A DNA stretch of 64,000 nt from Blepharisma stoltei ATCC 30299 (lineage: Eukaryota > Protista > Ciliophora). The stretch is taken from assembly GCA_965603825.1 (NCBI GenBank), contig CBFDEM010000041.1, forward strand, positions 62,001 to 126,000, in the 5' to 3' direction. Below the pieces are notes generated by a model, which was given only the letters and a program-made list of their open reading frames with translations, was not told where the DNA came from and ran no database searches. Position numbers and translations under genes: made by a program. Shown piece by piece: positions 1-10,130 of the stretch (the first letter of the stretch is position 1; each line of letters starts with the position of its first letter).

Positions 1-278
1 GCTGCGTTAGAATCCATCAGTTTAAGCTGCTCTTCTAGTGAAGTAAATAATCTCATGGTGTCTTCCATAAATTCTGCCTTGAACTCTTGTTTAAGAGTTG
101 TTATGATAGGAGAAGGATCAGTTCTGAAACGTTTTTTCTTGGTAATCAGGTCATTGAATTCTTTTAAAAGGCTGCTGTGAGAAGCGAGCTGCTCTGATAT
201 TTGGGTGACTTCATTGCGAAGCTGCTGAAGGTCTATTGGAGAGGTAGATGGATTATCTCTGCTGGCTTGTGCTGACAT
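1..278 (-). CDS. 5' part of a coiled-coil protein that runs off the window edge (MSAQASRDNPSTSPIDLQQLRNEVTQISEQL...)
   Basis: ATG at 278, downstream of an AT-rich spacer; the frame translated as far as about position 115 is open and helical. Absent from the ORF track, presumably because the stop lies outside the window. Confidence 0.7.
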   Translation of the reverse strand, partial: MSAQASRDNPSTSPIDLQQLRNEVTQISEQLASHSSLLKEFNDLITKKKRFRTDPSPIITTLKQEFKAEFMEDTMRLFTSLEEQLKLMDSNA

Positions 279-421
279 CAGGGATTAAATATGATTATTT
301 ATGTAAATTTACCTTAATATACTTCTTTTTTAGCAAAAATGAGATTATTTATTAAATAAAGATTAATTTTTTATAAGAGTGCTTTGAGGCTTATATGCTT
401 CAAAAGTATAAAATTAATAAA

Positions 422-1843
422 TTATCTAATATTTTTTGTAGTAAATTTATAAGGCCAAAGATCACCCCAATGCGACTTCCTAGCAAACCTATATGACTCT
501 TTATCATACTTAGACTTGCTGACTATGTATCTCCCTTTTTTCCCTTCTTCACATACATCAACAATCACATTTCCCTTCCTCTTAATAGCAGGATGCACTA
601 ATCTTTTCCAAAAAAAGCTTTTTTCTTGCAGTGTCTCTGCTTCTTCTTCATTATTTAAATACTGCCTCGGCAATGGCCCTCTGTGAAGCAAAATATACGA
701 AAACTTTTCATTATCAGTCGGCATTTCTTTAGGGCTTTTTCCTATAACAGCTTTAGGTCACCTACTGGCAAACTGTGAAAAATGACACCAGTCGTGTTTA
801 TCGCTGGCCTGTGGGCATACACCTTCATGTGGGCAAGGGGCTACTATATTGGCTTCTTCTCTGGTCATTGTATTTAAAACCCACTCTCTAATGGAATAAA
901 TCAGTCGAAATCCTTTTGGGGTTCCTGGCTCTATAAAGAGGAGCAGTTTATTTGTGCGATGCCAAAGGGCGTCTAGGATAAGATTGCGGGTGACTGCGTT
1001 TTCTACTTCGCCAAGGACGTAGCTGCACAGTACAATATCAAATAGCCCTTCTTCGTCTCCGATTCCAGGCAGATTCGCTAGAGTTTCGTACCATTGTATT
1101 TGAGGTAATTTTTCTGTTAGTTTTTTCCCTATTGTTCTCATATTTTTAGAAGGCTCTACCGCAGCTACAATTTTTGTGTTCGGGTATAATGTCATTGCAG
1201 CAAAAGACCCAGCCCCAGTCCCCGCTCCATAGTCCAAAATCTTTGTTGGGTTAATATTCGGCAGCCTAGTTACAGCTTCACTTAAACACCTATACACAGT
1301 CCCATAAGATCCTGGCATTATTCTCCACGTATACCCAATCGCATGCTCTTCTTGATACTTCAAACTCACAGCTGGTGCTTTTTCACTTACAATTTTAGGT
1401 ATCTCCATCTCCCCAGCGACCATTTTCGCATCAATGATCTTCGGCAGCCTTTCATGCCTATAGCTTTTCAGCTCCTTTACAGGCGTCCTTGGTCCTATCA
1501 GCTCATAAGTGGTGGCAAATGGCTTTAATTTAGTAATATCCTGAGGTTTTTCAAGCCCATGAAGCTCTGTTAGTATTTGTGCTGTTTTGTATCCCCATTC
1601 TTTAATAGTCTTTGAAGGCCTTCCAGAAAAGACCTTTTGGGCTGACTTGTGAAGCTTGTCTGGGAGGTCTACAAGGGCGATGTATCTTTTTCCCATCCAT
1701 GCTCGATCTTGTAATTGGACTGCTTTTTTTCCAGGCTCTGGCTTTACTAGAGGTTTTTTGTCGTCTGCTTTTTCTTTGGCTTCAGTGAAAAGGACTGTTT
1801 TTTTGACTGACCTGGCAAATGAGCGGGTAAGCCTAATTAGCAT
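422..1843 (-). CDS. METTL17: Mitochondrial small ribosomal subunit assembly methyltransferase-like protein (RSM22/METTL17), 473 aa
   Basis: ILDYGAGTG SAM motif, IEPGTPKGF, APCPHEGVCP, WCHFSQ, EKFSY, ARKSHWGDLWP. Two ORFs join in frame through TGA (758-760) read as Trp. Confidence 0.92.
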
Positions 1844-1869
1844 AATATGTAAAAAATTATGAGAAAGAC

Positions 1870-2823
1870 TTATGTTATTGTTTCAATAATAAATAGCCTT
1901 GCTTTATCGTAGCCTACAGCAACTAATTTATCTCTACACATCGCGATCCCTGTAAGTAAGGTGTTAGGGATTTCTTTAGAAAGGACTAATTCCAGCTCAT
2001 CTCTTTGTAAAGTTCACACATTAACACAGCAGTCTTCAGAGCAGGAGGCAAAAATCCCTCGTTCTGGGTAGCTTGCAAGTCCTGTAATCCACCTTGTATG
2101 TGACCAGACACTGAATGCGATTGTATGGGTATTCATGTCATAAATCCTGATTTCTCCATTTCCGAAAGAAACACAAGCGTATCTATAGACCATGCAGGCG
2201 CCGGTTCCTGATACTCCAGCCCCTTCTGTTTCTAGAATTCTAATAGTGTTGTTTGCTCTGAGGTCCCAAAAAGTAACCCCGCCAAGCTCGTCACAAGTTA
2301 AGGCTTTAACTCCTAGGCTGACTATTGCTGATATAGGAGCTCTTCTTACAGGAGAAATCGTAGATTGTGGGTCTATTTTTATTGTATGGCCTTCTTCTGA
2401 AACTCTCATAAGAGTAATAGTCCCCAGCGAGCTTCCAATAAGAATACAGCTCAAATCCTCACAGCCATAGCCTCCAGTAAAATAAGTATCTGCCCCAGCT
2501 CCTGCAAGTTCCCCTTTATTAAAATAAGCGAGCATGGAATTTCCATCTTCGCTTCATATCTGCATGTTTTGCTCCAAACCTAGAAGTAAAAAGTATCTTT
2601 GGCCTAAGCGGACGTAGCCCATATAAAGGATGGTGTTTGCGTCGTTGTATTTCACGGTAGAAAAAACTGATGCTTCTGGGCTGGTTATGGATTGGAGACT
2701 GATGAGGTGGATTTGTGGGTTTGGGGTTGTAGCATTAGTGACGTATGCCAACCTTTGGTCTGATGCGGAAAGATTGTTGTGGAGCAGAGAAGGTGTTACT
2801 GGGATTGCTACTGAGTTTTCCAT
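1870..2823 (-). CDS. WD40-repeat protein (WDR54-like)
   Basis: ORFs join in frame through TGAs at 2554-2556 and 2014-2016 (giving SEDCCVNVW, a WD-type end). VTFWD, IRIYD and HTRWIT repeats. TAA at 1870-1872. Confidence 0.8.
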
Positions 2824-2956
2824 ATAAATTGTTATAAAATATAGCCTTTTTTCAGCAATTTGTAAATTTCGCTATAAATTGTTGCAGTTTATCTAACTTC
2901 TCTAAAAAAAACCTCTTAATATACTATTCTTCTCCTAACATAATTAAATTTTTACA

Positions 2957-4462
2957 ATGTAAATTTAAGTTAGGTCCTCTCCAAGCTCTTCCACAATAAA
3001 CCGACCTTCCTCTCAACAGAGCCGCAGTATAGGAAACTATATCATCGGCAAAACCATCGGCGAAGGCACTTTTGGAAAAGTGAAACTTGGCGTCCATATT
3101 CTAACTGGAGAAAAAGTCGCAATAAAAGTCTTAGAAAAAGCAAAAATCAAAGACCAAGCTGACGCCGAACGCGTTTCTCGCGAAATAAAAATCCTGAAAA
3201 TGGTCCATCACCCCAATGTAATTCAGCTCTATGAAATCATAGAGTCTACCAAGCAGCTATATCTGATCATGGAATTTGCTAACGGTGGAGAGCTGTTTGA
3301 CTATATAGTTTCAAAAGGACGCGTAAAAGAAGGAGAAGCCTGCAAATTTTTTCAACAAATTCTGTCTGGGATTTCTTATTTGCATAGGCTGAATATCAGC
3401 CATCGTGATTTGAAGCCTGAAAATTTGTTGCTTGATGAAAAAAATAACATAAAAATCATAGATTTTGGGCTTAGTAATATATATAGGCCTGGGGAACTGT
3501 TAAAGACGGCGTGTGGAAGCCCGTGCTATGCAGCGCCAGAGATGATTGCGGGGAAGCGTTACCATGGGAATAGGGTTGATATTTGGAGTACTGGGATTAT
3601 TTTGTATGCGCTGATATGTGGATATCTGCCATTTGAAGATCCGAATACTGCTGCTTTATATAAAAAAATTTTAAGTGGTACTTATGTGTGTCCTAAATGG
3701 ATAAGCACTGATGGAAAAGATTTAATGAAAAGAATTTTAAATACAAACCCAGAAGAAAGATACACAATTGATATGATAAAAAGGCATCCATGGTACAGCC
3801 TGCACCATCCACAAGCTGTTAACATTGAAACTGATGTCCAAATTGATGAAGATATATTAAAAGAGCTTCCGAAATATGGAATTGACAGTGAAGCAGCCAG
3901 AATTAATCTGCAAAGCAATAAGCACAATAATATAACCACAACCTATTATTTAGTCAAGAAAAAATGAATTGAAGAAAAGCCTAAACTTTCCTCAACCTTT
4001 ATAAAAACTATAAGAAATGAAGAAATGATGAAGACTTTAGATAGAAAACCTTTTGAAAGCACAGGAGGAAGCTCTTCTAAAGATCATGATTTAGTCTACA
4101 AAGGACCTATTTTAAGGTCGTATTTTAAACATACACGAGCAGAAAATGCTCAATCTGCAGTTAGAGGCCGCCAAAATGTATATATGAGTTCTGTATCTCC
4201 ACATTCTCCAAGAGAACAAAGATCATCAAGCATAAATACATCAACAAGGCCACCAGTTGCACCATTAATTCCAAGGATCCCTAGTAAATCGAAACAATCT
4301 GTTTCTCCAAGACCAATTCGTGGAGGGAGAACTTATGTTATATCAGCAAGAACAAAAACTCCTTTAGACCATCAGTCTTTAAATTCGTCACTGCGACAAT
4401 CTCCAAGGGTAGGAATTGACACTAGCTCTAAAGCAGACGATTTTTCTTTTAGACTAAGCTAA
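2957..4462 (+). CDS. SNF1/AMPK-related (CAMKL) Ser/Thr kinase, join(2957..2958,2974..4462)
   Basis: GEGTFGKV, VAIK, HRDLKPEN, DFG, TACGSPCYAAPE, DIWS. UBA-like region, then TGA=Trp at 3965-3967 and a low-complexity tail. Confidence 0.93.
2959..2973 (+). other. 15-nt spliceosomal intron GTAAATTTAAGTTAG splitting the start codon (AT^G)
   Basis: Unspliced, it reads ATG TAA. Removal gives ATG TCC TCT... in frame with the kinase domain. Confidence 0.85.
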
Positions 4463-4483
4463 TTTGTTGTAATTACAATTAAA

Positions 4484-5026
4484 ATGGACCATATCACTCC
4501 TGAGCAAGTTTTACAGTTGAGAGAAGCAACCCCAAACTTCCTCTGTCCTCTTTCTGCGAATATTTATAACATAGAGTTCGTATACTTCAAGGTCAGGGAT
4601 TTAGAGTCTGGAATGGTTCTTTTTGAGGTCCAAAATGACAGTGAAGCCCCAGCAGAGCCAATTGGAGAAGACGATTCTGTGAGGACAATCAAATATCATT
4701 TGGGGCCTGATTTTTTAAAGCTCAGAGCATTGGGGAGCACGATTGACTTCACAGTAGGAGCCAGAGAGGTAAGAAACTTCCGAATGATTGAGAGACATTA
4801 CTTTAGAGATACTTTACTTAAGAATTTTGATTTTACATTGGATTTCTGCATCCCAAATACCAGAAACTCTTGGGAAGTGATATATGAGATTCCTGAACTT
4901 CCTGAAGACCTCCTACAACAAATGATTGACAATCCATGGGAAACTAAATCAGATAGCTTTTATTTCGTTGGAAATCAGCTTATAATGCATAATAAGGCTG
5001 AATATAATTATTCACCTTTAATCTAA
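4484..5026 (+). CDS. UNC119: UNC119 (myristoyl-cargo carrier, PDEdelta family)
   Basis: FLCPLSANIYNIEF, NFRMIERHYF, FCIPNTRNSWE, SDSFYFV, LIMHNKAEY. Confidence 0.95.
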   Translation: MDHITPEQVLQLREATPNFLCPLSANIYNIEFVYFKVRDLESGMVLFEVQNDSEAPAEPIGEDDSVRTIKYHLGPDFLKLRALGSTIDFTVGAREVRNFRMIERHYFRDTLLKNFDFTLDFCIPNTRNSWEVIYEIPELPEDLLQQMIDNPWETKSDSFYFVGNQLIMHNKAEYNYSPLI

Positions 5027-5111
5027 AGGCTATTAGAATAAGTATTATTGCTATCTGAAAGCTCTTAGTTTAAAATTATTATTGGTCATTTTACCGATTA
5101 TTTTTTATTAA

Positions 5112-6402
5112 TTAGCTTAATTTCCTTCCTTTAGTCTGGCTGTCCTGGCTCCTTGATTTTTTGAGTTTATAATTTTCTGCAATAACATCCTTTACTTTTT
5201 CAACTAAATTTTGCGTTTCAGCTGAAAAAATTTCACATAATTCATTGATTACTTTTTGGTTAGGAGACTGCCTGATTTTCATATATTCTTCAAGGATACA
5301 GGTGAGCCATTTCCAGATTTGATGGACATTTGGGCTTTTATCGAATGTATTTGGAGGAGAGCAATCAATTATCAGCTTTGTCATATTATTTAAAAGTTTT
5401 TTGTCTTTTTTGAATTTTTCATGAAATTGATAAAGATGCACCACTTTTGAATATAAATCTTTTCTATGCGAAACACCTACAATTTTCATCATATCTCTGC
5501 ATAAAGAGCTTACAGATTGAGTTCTATCAGTCATAGGCTGAGTTAACGTGCTTTCTCTAGTTTGTGTGGCTTCTAAATAATTGAAATCTCTTGACAGCTT
5601 ACTCGGGCTTTGAGATTTTTCTGCTTTAATCCTATCGATTTCTTTTAAAAGCATCAGCCTTTCTTTTTCCAGCTCATTTATTTGGCTATCCCTCACATTT
5701 AGCTGCTGCTGATAAGAATTAATAAGCTTGCCATTATCTGACTCTTTTTTAGTCTCATCTTTAGATTTCAGCAATACATTTAAATCTTTCAGCCTAGTTA
5801 TTTCATCAAGCAGCCCATCTACTTTTTCCGCTTGTCTTTTTGTCCTTTCAAGCTCTCTACTTGTCATTTCTTTTTCCCTTTTCATATTTTCAATCTCATT
5901 CTTGTTTCTCGCAATTTCTATGTCTTTTTCATCTAAAATTCTCCTGAGACCATTATTCTCGTTGTTTAAATTTTCTAGTTGCTGCCTATAAGAATGGTTT
6001 TCTTCCTGAAACCTTTTGAGGTCTTCAGTATTTCTTTCAATAGAATCCTTTAGATCGCTTTGTAAGAAAAGCAAGTCTTGGATTTTTTGGTCTTTTTCTT
6101 TTAATTGTTTGTCGAGAAGAATATTTTTTTCTTTTTCGTATTCGAATGGCTGTGTAGGCTCCCAATGGTCGTCTGGGGTGTAGGATTCTTGGATGTGGTT
6201 TTTTAAAGCGTCAAATGTGGCAGGGATGTTAAAAGAATTTGAAATTGAGGAGTCTTGGCTGGATTTTGAGTGCGAAATTTCTTCTTTGTCGAAGTCCTTG
6301 GATAGAGATTACCTCTTCTTCTAATGAGTTTCCGAGACGCCTTAGAGTAGCTCGGATTGTGGCGATTTTTTCTTCGAGACCTTTTTCAGAGTATGGGTCC
6401 AT
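5112..6402 (-). CDS. Coiled-coil protein, unknown function; one 16-nt intron (6297..6312)
   Basis: ATG at 6402 (MDPYSEKGLEEKIATIR). Removing the intron puts it in frame with the 320-aa heptad-rich ORF. Confidence 0.8.
6297..6312 (-). other. 16-nt intron GTAATCTCTATCCAAG
   Basis: Required to restore the frame between ATG 6402 and the downstream ORF. Confidence 0.75.
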
Positions 6403-6696
6403 TTAGGGTTAGTTTATAATTTAGTGGATTTATATACTTTGATAAATAATTTGTATAGAAAAGCCAAATTTTTGATTTTAATTGATTATTTTAGCTATAA
6501 CACCCAATCAAAAGCTAGTCACTTCACTATAAGAATTTTTGATTAATGCAAATAGGAATCAGCAGAGCTTTTAGACTTACTTTACCTTATAAAAGTTATC
6601 GTTTTGTAGAGGCTGGTATCTTAAATCAGTTTTCAACTCCTTTTTTCCTCCTGAAAAGTTCTTTAAATGTCCATTTAAATCTAGCCATTAATAAAA

Positions 6697-6933
6697 ATGG
6701 TTCTAACAAAGGGAAACAACACAATTTGGATGATAGGTGGAATAACAGCACTATTCCTTGGATACCAGATGTATAACCCGAACAGCTATTGGAACTCAAA
6801 GACAGCTGTCAGGGTGATAAAGAAAGGAGTTGCTGCTGAAGTTAAAGACCAAATGCCCCGTGCTTCAGAAAAAGCTCAGGAGCTGAAAAAAGAAGTCAAA
6901 GAGGATATTAAAAGTCATATTCCTCCCAAATAG
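6697..6933 (+). CDS. Single-TM microprotein family member A (78 aa)
   Basis: AAAAATG start context, hydrophobic residues 10-23, YQMYNPNSY motif shared with two neighbours. Confidence 0.8.
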   Translation: MVLTKGNNTIWMIGGITALFLGYQMYNPNSYWNSKTAVRVIKKGVAAEVKDQMPRASEKAQELKKEVKEDIKSHIPPK

Positions 6934-7043
6934 ATATAAAATAAATTAATCAGATTTAAAAGTTCAGATTAATATGAATTAAAGCTATCAGAAAATTCTT
7001 GACTTACCAATGAAGAAATTTTAGCATTTCTTTATATTAAAAA

Positions 7044-7271
7044 ATGGATCCAAAGGTGTATAGCAAAGCATTGATTGCAGTAAGTGTTATTTTATTTTCT
7101 GGTGCAATATATCAACTTTCTAACCCGAATAGTTTTTTGCACGAAAGAGCAGCCAGAAAAGATGATATTGGTGCAGATCAGACAAATATGGAGTCAAGAC
7201 TCCCTGAAACATCAACTCAACTAGGTGCATTGGCAGGATTAAAACGAGATTCAACGCCTGGCAGACCATAA
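7044..7271 (+). CDS. Single-TM microprotein family member B (75 aa)
   Basis: MDPK..SK start, TM segment, YQLSNPNSF; ungapped alignment to A and C. Confidence 0.8.
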   Translation: MDPKVYSKALIAVSVILFSGAIYQLSNPNSFLHERAARKDDIGADQTNMESRLPETSTQLGALAGLKRDSTPGRP

Positions 7272-7376
7272 TTTCTAATTTAAGATTTCTGTTTCCACTA
7301 ATAATTTCAGCATTCATCGAAAAAAATCCATAATTTAAATAATTTCAATGATCATTAGCCATTAATAAACATAAAA

Positions 7377-7649
7377 ATGGCATTAGAATAGCTATTTAGT
7401 AAGCTATTTTGGCTTGATCAGCAGAAAAAAGATAATGTAACCAGAAAGAAAGCATAGACCAATCCTGCAGAAGTTGAAAGCACAAGGCCAAAGAAAAATG
7501 TTGATAATTCAAATTTTTTTCCTGATGGAGTAGAAAAGAAGGTGCAAAGTGTGGATGACGTACCTATTAGATATAGGTATATGCACTTCTATGAAACTAG
7601 AGAAGGAGAGGACCAATATTTGTCGATGACGGAGGACCTGAATTTGTAA
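7377..7649 (+). pseudogene. 91-codon frame interrupted by two in-frame TAGs (7389-7391, 7455-7457); probable pseudogene
   Basis: Same upstream TAGCCATTAATAAA motif as gene A, AAAAATG context, coding-like composition, TAA end. Confidence 0.4.
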
Positions 7650-8507
7650 AAATGGGAGAATTACCTTAAAATAGTATTTTGGTTATTCTTATATTATTAA
7701 TCTTTAAGAGACGTATAGAAGATAAAATCAGCTCATTTAGAAATCTCCTGGTCAGCAAGTATATCAAGATATTTTGACAGTAAAAAATAATTAAAATTAG
7801 TATCTTAATAGCTAAAAATAATAAATTCCTGCTTTTTTAAAGGAAAGTTCTGATAGTGACGATTCGGTTCTTCATTTCTTTTAAAGAGACAAGGCTTCAA
7901 ATGAGGACTTTCAAATTATTTTAAGATTTTCTTAGAACCTGCTTGAAAAGTTAATTTATTATTTTACAATAGTGAATCAGAAATTTTTACTCCAAATGCT
8001 ACCTCGTTTTGGTTATAGAGATATTGATTTCTAGCTTTTAAGGGATATTTTTATTAGTAGGTACTACATTGATTTTAAGATGAAAAAAATTCTTTCAGCT
8101 TCACAAAAATAAAAGAGTTTTATAGAGAGATAATAAAAGATAAAAATTCGGATGATAGTGATGGTGGTGGAAATGGCGGTGATACTATAACTTTTGTGAT
8201 AGTAATTTTTTATTGTGTGTAATAGCGCTAATATATATATGCATGTATTGGTAAAAAGGCCTATTCTAGCTAATCTTTAATCTTTAAAGCAATTGAGCTT
8301 TATAATAGTTGATTAATTTTAATGCTTGCAAAAGACTTAAAATCCAATTTAGGTTGTAGAAGAGGAATAATCTTTCAGCTTTTAGTTGATATTTTTGCTT
8401 GGAGAGTTTAATATTTAGGAGAAATAAGAAAAAATTTAAAAATAAGAACATCAATATTTGAGCTCAATAATAATAAAATTGATTTTCTATTCATATCTTA
8501 TATATAA

Positions 8508-9266
8508 ATGGGCGCTAAAAATACGTTACAACATCAAGAAATAAGCCTTGGAAAATGCGGAATAGGTGAAATTGATGATCACATTCAAATAACTCTGCCA
8601 TTAATAAATGAAGTAGTCATAAACTCAAGAGCTTTAAAGCATTCAGCAGACTTATTTAAAGCCTCAGTTGGGCTATCACAAAAAAAAGAAAGCATGATTT
8701 TCGATACTATCAAATTTATGCTTATTTGCTTTTCTGCAAGCTGCGATGGAGATTTTTCAAAAATTAATTTAATTCATTCAGATGCATTCCCTTATATTGA
8801 GTTGAATAAAGAATTGCTTAAAGATGATTATTGAAATATCTATGATAATTGGCTCAATTTCTGCACAGTGCTTAAAGATGCTGACATACTACTAAATAAA
8901 GAAGTAGATGTAGATGAATTCGAGAAAAAATTTAACCCAGAAAACTTACCTGGATGGCAAAAAGCAAAACTGCTAGCTTGATGCATATTTAATGTTGGGA
9001 AACTAAAAAAGCTTATGAACGTCGGAGAAGAAGTCCGGAGAATTCGGGCTGAAATACAGATAAAGGAGATACCAAGTTTTATAAGTCAGATATTTGAAAA
9101 TGACCTTGAAATAGTTTGTGAAGCTGGAAGAGAAGCTGTGCATGAGGATTTCCATAATCCAGAAGGAATTTGCGATAAATTTTGGCCAAGATTAAGATCT
9201 GTTCCAATAATGCATGATGAAGAACTTTCTCATCACAGTCATCATTATAACCCAAGTAATCATTAA
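8508..9266 (+). CDS. Hypothetical protein, 252 aa (Met-Gly start, His-rich C-terminus)
   Basis: Two ORFs join in frame through two TGA=Trp codons (first at 8832-8834); TAA end. Confidence 0.75.
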
Positions 9267-9766
9267 ACCATAGTAATAATTATGTCAATTAAAATTAGCA
9301 AGACATTGCAATCTTTTACCTTAAATTGATATGCCTCCATATTTATTATTTTTAATTAAAGTTATAGCAATCGAAGGCTATTTAAATTTAGCATAAGAAA
9401 TATAGAACTAGACCTACTAGAGTATTAAAAAAAATTTAAAGACTAGTGCTTTATTTTGCCCTAAATTTTAAAGTAGTTCTAAGGCATTTAATGACTCAAT
9501 CGCCATTAGAATTTTATGCTATGCCTTTTTTGAGAAGATTTTCGTTATAAATAAATAAGATTTACCTTGTTTTAAAAATTCATAAGAATGCATAGGAGCC
9601 CAATGAATCTTATTATAAAGCCTTGCTTAAAAAGCTAGATGAGAATTGTGCTTTAAATATTACAGCTATCTACTATAAAATAATCAGTATAAAGAATAGT
9701 CAAGTAGAAAATAATAATTTTAATAGTTTATTATTGTTGGCCATTAAATTTTAATAATTAATAAAA

Positions 9767-10006
9767 ATGGATCCAAATCTGACATCTAAAATCTTGATGG
9801 GCAGCGGTGTTGGCCTTGCAGCTATGCTTGGCTATGAAAAACTAAGCCCAAATAGTTATCTCAATCGTCGGTATCTACAGAAGCACCCAGTTCCTAATAA
9901 AGCACTTGACATTGAATCATGGGTTCCTTATTCACATTTCCAAGCTGTATCAGAACATCAAGCATCTATGCGATCTGATGTAAAAGAAAGACATAATATT
10001 AAATAA
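9767..10006 (+). CDS. Single-TM microprotein family member C (79 aa)
   Basis: MDPN..SK start, TM segment, GYEKLSPNSY; ungapped alignment to A and B. Confidence 0.8.
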   Translation: MDPNLTSKILMGSGVGLAAMLGYEKLSPNSYLNRRYLQKHPVPNKALDIESWVPYSHFQAVSEHQASMRSDVKERHNIK

Positions 10007-10130
10007 TAGCGTCTGCTGTTATTTCTTTATATCTTGCAAAGCAGCCTAATATTAGCTTTTATTTTTAATAATTTTTTTAGTTTAGCAAAATATTATTCTG
10101 ATGTTCTTGATGTATAATTAAATATTTTAC

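Noticed and set aside
1962-1969. TGTTAGGG, one unit of the heterotrich telomeric repeat (CCCTAACA)
   Set aside because: It is a single copy inside a CDS with no array.
7660-8280. Coding-like fragments (Asp/Gly-rich run plus a hydrophobic stretch near 8150-8270)
   Set aside because: No continuous frame is recoverable with TGA=Trp or tiny introns; at most an unassignable relic.
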